DNA of 51,144 nt. Origin: Bacteroidales bacterium. GTDB lineage: Bacteria > Bacteroidota > Bacteroidia > Bacteroidales > VadinHA17. The position numbers and the translations under genes were made by a program. A model generated the notes under the pieces. It was not told the origin of the DNA, searched no databases, and saw only the letters and a program-made list of their open reading frames with translations. This document shows positions 44,462 to 51,144 of this stretch, piece after piece. The stretch's first letter is position 1; the number at the start of each line of letters is the position of its first letter. The DNA lies in contig JBBRSO010000005.1 in the NCBI GenBank assembly GCA_038245405.1, positions 1-51,144 on the forward strand. Reading direction: 5' to 3'.

Positions 44462-45403
44462 ATGGATACTTCAGTTGCTGACACTACATCCTTCCTGATA
44501 AAAAAATATGCAGAGGAAGTTGGGTTTGACTTGGTTGGCATTGCCCGTGCCAGATCACTTGAAGAACACAAACCTATATTAAAAAACTGGGTTACCATGG
44601 GTATGAATGGCGATATGGAATATCTCGGCAAGCATATTTCCAAGAGAACGGATCCGGGTATTCTCTTTCCAGGTGCAAAATCTCTTATTGTTACGGGGCT
44701 CAATTATTACAGCTATAATAAACAAGGTGGTAACGGGTGTCCGGTAATTTCACGACATGCTTACGGCATTAATTATCATACAGTTATAAAACTGAAACTT
44801 AATAAGATTTTAACTTATATAAAAACTATCCAGCCAGAGGTGAAAGGGAAAGCCTTTGTCGACACCGCTCCTATTTTGGAAAAAGCATGGGGCAGGGAGG
44901 CAGGTCTGGGTTCACCGGGTAAAAACTCAATCTTAATAAACAAGAAGATCGGATCTTTCTTTTTCCTTGGTATATTGATAGTTGATATTGATCTTGAATA
45001 TGATCAGCCTGTAGAAGAAGATTATTGCGGCTCATGCAGGAGTTGCATCGAATTATGTCCGACCGGTGCAATAAATGAAAATAAAACTATCGATGTCACA
45101 AAATGTATAACTTACCAGACACTGGAAGCAAAAAACCAGATTCCTGAAGATATTATTACCAAACTTGAAGGCAGGGCATTTGGATGTGACAGATGTCAGG
45201 AAGTGTGCCCCTGGAATAAAGAACCGGAAGCTCATAAAACTACCGAGTTTGAGTTGCCGGAAGAAGTTCAGAATATGAATGCAGGAGATTGGAAAAACCT
45301 TAGCCGGAAAGATTATAAGCGATTATTTAAAGATTCGGCAATCGGAAGGCGATCATATTGTCGTTTTATGGATAATATCGATGCAGCTCTAACAAAGAAA
45401 TAA
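44462..45403 (+). CDS. queG: tRNA epoxyqueuosine(34) reductase
   Basis: 313 aa. Two ferredoxin-type clusters are present (CGSCRSCIELCPTGAI and CDRCQEVCPWN). The N-terminal B12-binding-like region is typical of QueG. Confidence 0.85.
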   Translation: MDTSVADTTSFLIKKYAEEVGFDLVGIARARSLEEHKPILKNWVTMGMNGDMEYLGKHISKRTDPGILFPGAKSLIVTGLNYYSYNKQGGNGCPVISRHAYGINYHTVIKLKLNKILTYIKTIQPEVKGKAFVDTAPILEKAWGREAGLGSPGKNSILINKKIGSFFFLGILIVDIDLEYDQPVEEDYCGSCRSCIELCPTGAINENKTIDVTKCITYQTLEAKNQIPEDIITKLEGRAFGCDRCQEVCPWNKEPEAHKTTEFELPEEVQNMNAGDWKNLSRKDYKRLFKDSAIGRRSYCRFMDNIDAALTKK

Positions 45404-45481
45404 TCTCATTTATACTACACTTCAGGAGTCAAACCTGCGCCCACTGCTCTGAGCCTAAACCATTAATAAATCTCTGAATCA

Positions 45482-46543
45482 ATGAAAAATAGAGCAATTA
45501 AACTGGTTGTATCACTGGTGGTTATGTTTATTGTATCGTGCAATGATCCTGAAACAGTTGTCACAAACATCGTTCACACTGACGGATCAGTTACCCGTAA
45601 GATTGAAATGAAAAGTACGGAGAAAGATGCAGAGAAAAGATTTAAAAACTCTGAGCTTCAGGTACAGTTCGACAGAACATGGTCTGTAAAAGATTCAGCC
45701 GAAACGCATGATAAAGGTGATACGGTTTGGGTAAGAAGAGCAGAAAAACATTTTAAAAATGCTGACGAAATAAATCTTGCTTATAAATCGGATTCAGGAC
45801 CTGACAATGAAGTACACCGTTATACTGAATTTAAAAAAAGTTTCAGGTGGTTTAATACCGAGTACCGGTTTTCAGAAATTATTGACAAAAAATTATCATA
45901 TGGCTATCCATTAAAAGATTTTCTGAACAACGATGAGAGACTATACTATTATTCTCCTGATGAGATGAAAGAATCAAAAAAGGAGAGCCCCGACAGCCTT
46001 AAATATATAATGCTCAATGATACAATCGGAAAAAAGACAGATCGCTGGCTATCGAAAAATATAGTTTCGGAATGGATCGAGGAGTTTTCGAGACTTACTG
46101 CTGCACGATCAGCTGATATTTCGAAAGATTCGCTAAGATCAAAAGAAGAAGAATTTGTAAAGATCATCAGCGCCAATGGGATAAAATTTGATAGTCTCTG
46201 GGAGAGTGGCGTAATATTAAGAAAGTTCATAGGCTCAGAAAATGCCCTGAAGTATAAAGTTGAAGCTGATACAGCTCTTGTTAAGGTGACCAACAGCTTA
46301 TTGCTTAATTTCAAGGACTATTCAATAAAAACAGTTATGCCTGGGAAGCTGGTAAATACAAATGGCTACATCGATAGCAGTAATAATTTGCTCTGGCCTG
46401 TTAAATCAGAATATTTTCTGGCTGAAAATTATGAGATGTGGGCCGTTTCGAGAATTACAAACCGCTGGGCATGGGTAGTTTCAGCTATCTTCCTGGCTTT
46501 TGTTGCAGCAGGTGTTACACTAAGGATAATAAAAAAGGACTGA
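45482..46543 (+). CDS. Hypothetical lipoprotein with a C-terminal TM anchor
   Basis: 353 aa with a lipobox-like signal (LVVSLVVMFIVSCND) and a C-terminal hydrophobic helix (WAWVVSAIFLAFVAAGVTL). I recognise no family. Confidence 0.5.
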   Translation: MKNRAIKLVVSLVVMFIVSCNDPETVVTNIVHTDGSVTRKIEMKSTEKDAEKRFKNSELQVQFDRTWSVKDSAETHDKGDTVWVRRAEKHFKNADEINLAYKSDSGPDNEVHRYTEFKKSFRWFNTEYRFSEIIDKKLSYGYPLKDFLNNDERLYYYSPDEMKESKKESPDSLKYIMLNDTIGKKTDRWLSKNIVSEWIEEFSRLTAARSADISKDSLRSKEEEFVKIISANGIKFDSLWESGVILRKFIGSENALKYKVEADTALVKVTNSLLLNFKDYSIKTVMPGKLVNTNGYIDSSNNLLWPVKSEYFLAENYEMWAVSRITNRWAWVVSAIFLAFVAAGVTLRIIKKD

Positions 46544-46580
46544 AAAAAATCCAGTCCCTTCTAACCATCAACCTAAATAA

Positions 46581-47087
46581 CTATCGGTTATAATCTTTTA
46601 ACATCAGCATGAGTTTCTGACGTGTGAAGAATATTCTGCTTTTAACTGTGCCAATTTTTAAACCTAGTTCATCGGCAATTTCTTTATATTTGTAACCTTC
46701 TATATGCATCATAAAAGGTATTCTGAATTCATCACTCAAAGATGCTATTGCATGTTCAATTTCCCCTTCAGCGTATTTCGACTCAGGTGAAATAAATCCC
46801 TTATCGTGTGGCTGATTAATATAAAAGAGATCCTGTGTACCATCAATTATAGTATTCTCTTTTACATTTCGCCTGTAATTATTGATAAAGGTGTTTTTCA
46901 TTATCGTAAATACCCATGCTTTAAGGTTGGTGTAATCGACAAATTTATCTTTATATGTTATAGCTTTCAGGTAGGTGTCCTGCACCAGATCCAGAGCACT
47001 GTCACGATCTGACGTAAGGCTCATTGCGAAGCGATGAAGATTTGTCTTCATTTCGATCAGGCTAGTGTTAAATTCATATTGTGTCAT
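46581..47087 (-). CDS. RNA polymerase sigma-70 family (ECF-type) sigma factor
   Basis: 168 aa. Region 2 is DLVQDTYLKA...KAWVFTIMKNTFINNYRR. Region 4 HTH is YKEIADELGLKIGTVKSRIFFTRQKL. Confidence 0.8.
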   Translation of the reverse strand: MTQYEFNTSLIEMKTNLHRFAMSLTSDRDSALDLVQDTYLKAITYKDKFVDYTNLKAWVFTIMKNTFINNYRRNVKENTIIDGTQDLFYINQPHDKGFISPESKYAEGEIEHAIASLSDEFRIPFMMHIEGYKYKEIADELGLKIGTVKSRIFFTRQKLMLMLKDYNR

Positions 47088-47120
47088 AGTTCCTAGTTTT
47101 TATTGTTGAACAAATCTGTA

Positions 47121-47128
47121 CAAATATA
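47121..47128 (-). promoter_or_regulatory. Candidate -7 promoter box (minus-strand TATATTTG) for the sigma-factor gene
   Basis: Matches TAnnTTTG, 34 nt upstream of the ATG at 47087. Confidence 0.25.
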
Positions 47129-47460
47129 CAAACAAAAAAAGATAATAAAATCTTAATATCTTAAATTCTTTGAAATTTCAATATTTTTATAATTAAGCAT
47201 CATATCAATTCTATTAATTTTCAGATAATTAAGTCCGGGCTTTTTAAATTTCTTTTAAATTGCAATTCCCTTCTGGTTCTGATTCATCGATCTTTTGAAA
47301 GATTAGTTTACACTTAAACCAATCATGAAAACAAATTTAAGTCTTATAATTTTCCTCTGGATTAATATTGGGTTAAGGTTTGGTTAAGGATATATTAAGA
47401 TTCTCTTGTCTTTTAATATGATTTATTAATTCTAGTTTTGTAATTTTAAAAGAAAATGAA

Positions 47461-48276
47461 ATGGATTTTCATATAAAACTTAGTAACAATCAGATCCTTA
47501 AGGGTATGATCCTAAGTCCGGGCGAGAATACAAAGGCAGTCTTGATCCTGGTACATGGACTTGGTGAACATGTTCAAAGGTATTTGTACTGGGCCGGATT
47601 ATTCAGAAATGAAGGTATCGGATTTATAGCTGTTGACCTTCCCGGTCATGGACGGTCAGAGGGCAGGAGAGGAAATATAAGCAGTTATGAGCTCCCGGAG
47701 GAAATGCTTGATATTCTTATAAAAACAAGCATCAGGACATTCCCGGGTTGTCCGATTTATATTTATGGCCACAGCCTGGGAGGAGGAATCGTTCTTGATT
47801 ATCTTTTAAGAAAAAATCCACGAATTAAAGGAGCTATAGTTACATCACCGTGGCTCCGGTTGACTTTACAACCTCCAAAGAGCAAGGTAATACTCGCATC
47901 AATAATGAAAAACCTGATTCCAGGTTTAACCCAGCCTTCGGGTCTTAATGTTAATTATATTTCGCACGATAAAGCTGAAGTTGAAAAATATACCAGCGAC
48001 CCGTTAGTTCATGGAAAGATCTCGGTAAGCTTGTTTTCCAGTGCGATGTCGGCAGCGAAGTATTCCCTGGAACATGCTTCAGAATTAAAAATCCCAACTC
48101 TAATTCTGCATGGTAGTGATGATATGTTAACTTCACCTGAAGCCAGCCGCGAATTTGCCGGCAAGACAAAAATGGTTGACCTGAAGATATGGGAGGGCGG
48201 ATATCATGAATTGCACAATGAACCATTCAAAAATGAAGTTTTCAAATACATTATGAACTGGATCGGGAGAAATTGA
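47461..48276 (+). CDS. Alpha/beta hydrolase (lysophospholipase / monoacylglycerol lipase-like)
   Basis: 271 aa. It has the oxyanion region LVHGLGEH, the nucleophile elbow GHSLGG and a C-terminal HE...H region. Confidence 0.8.
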   Translation: MDFHIKLSNNQILKGMILSPGENTKAVLILVHGLGEHVQRYLYWAGLFRNEGIGFIAVDLPGHGRSEGRRGNISSYELPEEMLDILIKTSIRTFPGCPIYIYGHSLGGGIVLDYLLRKNPRIKGAIVTSPWLRLTLQPPKSKVILASIMKNLIPGLTQPSGLNVNYISHDKAEVEKYTSDPLVHGKISVSLFSSAMSAAKYSLEHASELKIPTLILHGSDDMLTSPEASREFAGKTKMVDLKIWEGGYHELHNEPFKNEVFKYIMNWIGRN

Positions 48277-48364
48277 TTGCGTAATGCGGATTGAAGATTG
48301 CGGATTTTAAGTCTGAACTCATAGATCCGAAATAGATATTCCGAAATCAGAAATAAACAAAACT

Positions 48365-49354
48365 ATGGATCTGAGAACTACTTTTTCTATTGAGCCTTCA
48401 AGGGATAAAATCACTTACAATGATAAAGTGATGTTCTTAGGATCGTGTTTCGCATCGAACATGGGTTCACAGATGGAGCTTGGCCATATGCAGGTGATGA
48501 TCAATCCTTCAGGTGCTGTATTTAATCCCGTTTCAGTGTGTAATACATTGGATACAATAACCAGTAATAAGAAATTTTTTTCCAACGATCTTCATTTTTT
48601 TGATGGTAACTGGTTGAGTTTTTTTCATTACACAGATTTTTCTTCTGATGATCAGAAAAAAGTACTTGATAAGATAAATACAAAAACAAAAGAGGCCTCA
48701 CAATTCCTGGCCGGTTCAAAATTTTTGTTTATTACTTTTGGTACGGCCAGGGTCTACCTTTTCAGGGAATCAGGTAAGATTGTTTCCAATTGCCATAAAA
48801 TTCCTTCCCGGCAATTTGACCACAGGTTGCTTACCGTTAATGAAATTGTTGATTTATGGTCCGATCAGCTTGACAAGCTACACTCTCATTATCCCAACCT
48901 TAATGTTTTATTTACAGTCAGTCCGGTGCGGCACTGGAAAGATGGCACCCACGGGAACCAGGTCAGCAAGTCTGTCCTGTTTCTTGCTATTGAAAAATTG
49001 CTTGAGCACAAGACTGCCCCCGGATACTTCCCGGCATATGAGCTTGTGATGGATGATCTGCGCGATTATAGGTTTTATACTGAAGACATGCTTCACCCGT
49101 CACCGCAGGCCATTAATTACATTTGGGATGCATTTGCAGCATGTTATCTCAATTTCAGTACTCTGAATTCATGGAAAGAAGCAGTTAAAATAAGCAGAGC
49201 ATTCAATCACCGGTTAAATACCGAATCTCTGTCTAAACGAACGCAATTTGCCGATAAGATTCTTAAACAGATCTCTGACCTCAGAATAAAGATTCCTACT
49301 ATAGATCTTTCCCGCGAAGAAGAGTATTTTCTCAAAATGAGAATAACTGAATGA
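48365..49354 (+). CDS. GSCFA domain-containing protein
   Basis: 329 aa containing the family-naming motif (FLGSCFASNMG). Confidence 0.8.
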   Translation: MDLRTTFSIEPSRDKITYNDKVMFLGSCFASNMGSQMELGHMQVMINPSGAVFNPVSVCNTLDTITSNKKFFSNDLHFFDGNWLSFFHYTDFSSDDQKKVLDKINTKTKEASQFLAGSKFLFITFGTARVYLFRESGKIVSNCHKIPSRQFDHRLLTVNEIVDLWSDQLDKLHSHYPNLNVLFTVSPVRHWKDGTHGNQVSKSVLFLAIEKLLEHKTAPGYFPAYELVMDDLRDYRFYTEDMLHPSPQAINYIWDAFAACYLNFSTLNSWKEAVKISRAFNHRLNTESLSKRTQFADKILKQISDLRIKIPTIDLSREEEYFLKMRITE

Positions 49355-49464
49355 ATTGAATATTAGATTGCTGAGAAAAAATCCTCAAATTCATTCCCGA
49401 ATTGAACAAGGTCACCTCCTGAACAAATCATCTATTGTGTTGTTTTTACACTTAAAGCCTAAAC

Positions 49465-51144
49465 ATGAAGTATTGCCTGTTATTAGTAACTCTCATATTA
49501 TCAATATTTTCAGCCCTATCAGCACAGCAGAATACAGGAAAAATTAAAGGAAGAGTCTATAATTCAAAGAGCAACGAGGGTGTGCCTTTTGCTACTATTC
49601 AGATTTGGGGTACTACATCAGGTACGTTTACTGACGAAAATGGGAAATTCGAATTGTCTGGTCTTAAGCCTGGATTTTCGGAACTAAGGGTCTCTTCTGT
49701 TGGTTTCAAGCCTTATATTTCAAGCGCAGTAATGGTTACCAATAGCCATGAAGTTAACGTAGATATCCCGCTTGAAGAAGCTGAGGTTACTGTGGGAGAG
49801 GTTGTTATCAGAGCCTCGCCTTTTGCAAAAAAAATAGAAACACCTGTTTCAGTAAGAATTATCGGAATTGATGAAATTGAAAAAAACCCGGGTGGCAACC
49901 GCGACATATCGAAGGTTATTCAGTCATACCCCGGTGTGGCATCAACACCTGCGTTCAGAAATGATGTAATTGTAAGAGGTGGTGGGCCGAATGAGAACAG
50001 GTTCTTTATTTCTTCTCTCTGTGCGCAGATCATACCTGCAATTCCTGTTCAGTGCATTGAAATTACCATTCCTGCCAACATATACCGACTTTCAGCTTAA
50101 ATATAAAATACGTCTCGATCCTAAAAATGAACTTACAGTAATTGGTCTTGGCGCAAAAGATGATTTTAAATTAAACCTGAAAGCGAATGATACAGAATAT
50201 CAGCGCTATATACTCGATTTTCTGCCTGTTCAGGAACAGTATAGCTATGTTTTTGGTCTGGTATTTAAGCATTTCAGGGCAAACGGATATGATACCTGGG
50301 TGGCAAGTCGGAATTATCTTAATAACCTTCAGTATAAGTATCGCGGCAATGTTAATGCAGATACTAATAAACTGCTCGATTATCTTTCGGGTGAAGGAGA
50401 GACAAAAATTCGTTATGATCGTACTATTATTGGAGAAAAAGGTCTGAGATTGACCTATGGAGCCGGTTTTGAATATTCACATTACAGAAATTCCACTTAC
50501 AGAAAGACGCTTTTAGAAGGCATTGAAAATGAAATTAGCTATAACAGTAATCTCAGATTAGGAAAGTACAGTATTTTCGGACAGGCGAGCAGATCATACC
50601 TTCATGAAAAGCTGAGCCTGTCTTTTGGAGTAAGAACTGATATCAATTCATACTCGGCATCGATGTTAAATCCGTTCTCCCAGCTTTCGCCGAGATTTTC
50701 GGCTTCTTATACTATATCAGAAAAACTGAATTTTAATTTAAGCCTTGGCAGATATTTTCAGCTTCCCCCTTATACTTCTATGGGGTATTCGGATCTTAGC
50801 GGAATTATTATTAACAAACAGAACAACCTCAGGTATATTAGAGCAGATCATTTAGTTGCAGGTATTGAGCTGATCCCGTCTGAAACCATGCAATTTAGTA
50901 TTGAGGGATTCTATAAAAAATATTCACATTACCCTTTTTCAGTTAAAGATTCAGTTCCTCAGATGAAGAGCTGGTTTCATCCTCAAGAGGCAGGGCTTAT
51001 GGTTTCGAAATCCTGGGAAGACTCAAAGAATTCAAAAAAATCAATCTTGTATTTTCTTACACTTACGTAAGGAGTGAGTTCCGGGGATTGGATTCACAAT
51101 GGATCCCATCATCATGGGATAACAAGCATCTTTTCAGTCTGTCA
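49465..51144 (+). pseudogene. TonB-dependent receptor-like outer membrane protein (CarboxypepD_reg + plug + barrel), disrupted; continues past the window end
   Basis: The homology runs through three different frames. Frame a covers 49465-~50004 (signal, GKIKGRVYNSKSNEGVPFATIQ..., plug ...NDVIVRGGGPNENRF). Frame b covers ~50005-~50960 (SVRRSYLQFLFSALKLPFLPTYTDFQLKYKI...). Frame c covers ~50962-51144 (DEELVSSSRGRAYGFEILGRLKEFKKINLVFSYTYVRSEF...WIPSSWDNKHLFSLS). Confidence 0.65.

Noticed and set aside
47325-47387. 20-codon hydrophobic mini-ORF (MKTNLSLIIFLWINIGLRFG) in the 373-bp AT-rich spacer upstream of the hydrolase gene
   Set aside because: There is no ribosome-binding or promoter evidence. 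It overlaps the GGTTAAGG word tract, and at this size it is expected by chance in AT-rich DNA.

Overview
AT-rich, Bacteroidota-type chromosomal window. Diagnostic signs are a fused lpxC/fabZ gene, a T9SS C-terminal sorting domain, a GSCFA protein and TAnnTTTG-like promoter boxes. Layout: (1) 1-1616, rimP (partial) and a PflX-like radical SAM gene. (2) 1623-13565, an ~11.6 kb accessory island bracketed by a 168-bp direct repeat that duplicates the last 55 codons of the neighbouring ABC-2 permease gene. The island carries a 2653-aa secreted Ig-repeat/SpvB/FG-GAP/RHS polymorphic toxin with an HExxH C-terminal domain and an overlapping candidate immunity gene. It also holds a decayed orphan module, a ~240-bp noncoding element repeated after each cassette, and decayed YwqK-like and T9SS-CTD fragments. 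No integrase or transposase was seen. (3) 13398-29072, a seven-gene minus-strand envelope transporter cluster: ABC ATPase, giant ABC-2 permease, TolC, adaptor, RND pump, an RND pump covalently fused to extra TM helices plus an ABC ATPase domain (1589 aa), and an ABC-2 permease. The RND::ABC fusion and its cluster are my best candidate for an undescribed system. (4) 29402-49354, housekeeping genes: HD hydrolase, lpxD, lpxC/fabZ, lpxA, thiL, yccF-like, a DUF4139-like gene, an NMO/FabK-like oxidoreductase, sufBCDSE plus a DUF59 gene, queG, an ECF-type sigma factor, an alpha/beta hydrolase and a GSCFA gene. Several intergenic regions here hold odd palindromic or low-complexity tracts. (5) 49465-end, a TonB-dependent-receptor-like gene broken by at least two frame-shifting internal deletions. 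No rRNA, tRNA or CRISPR array was recognised. All family assignments come from motif reading by eye, not from database searches.
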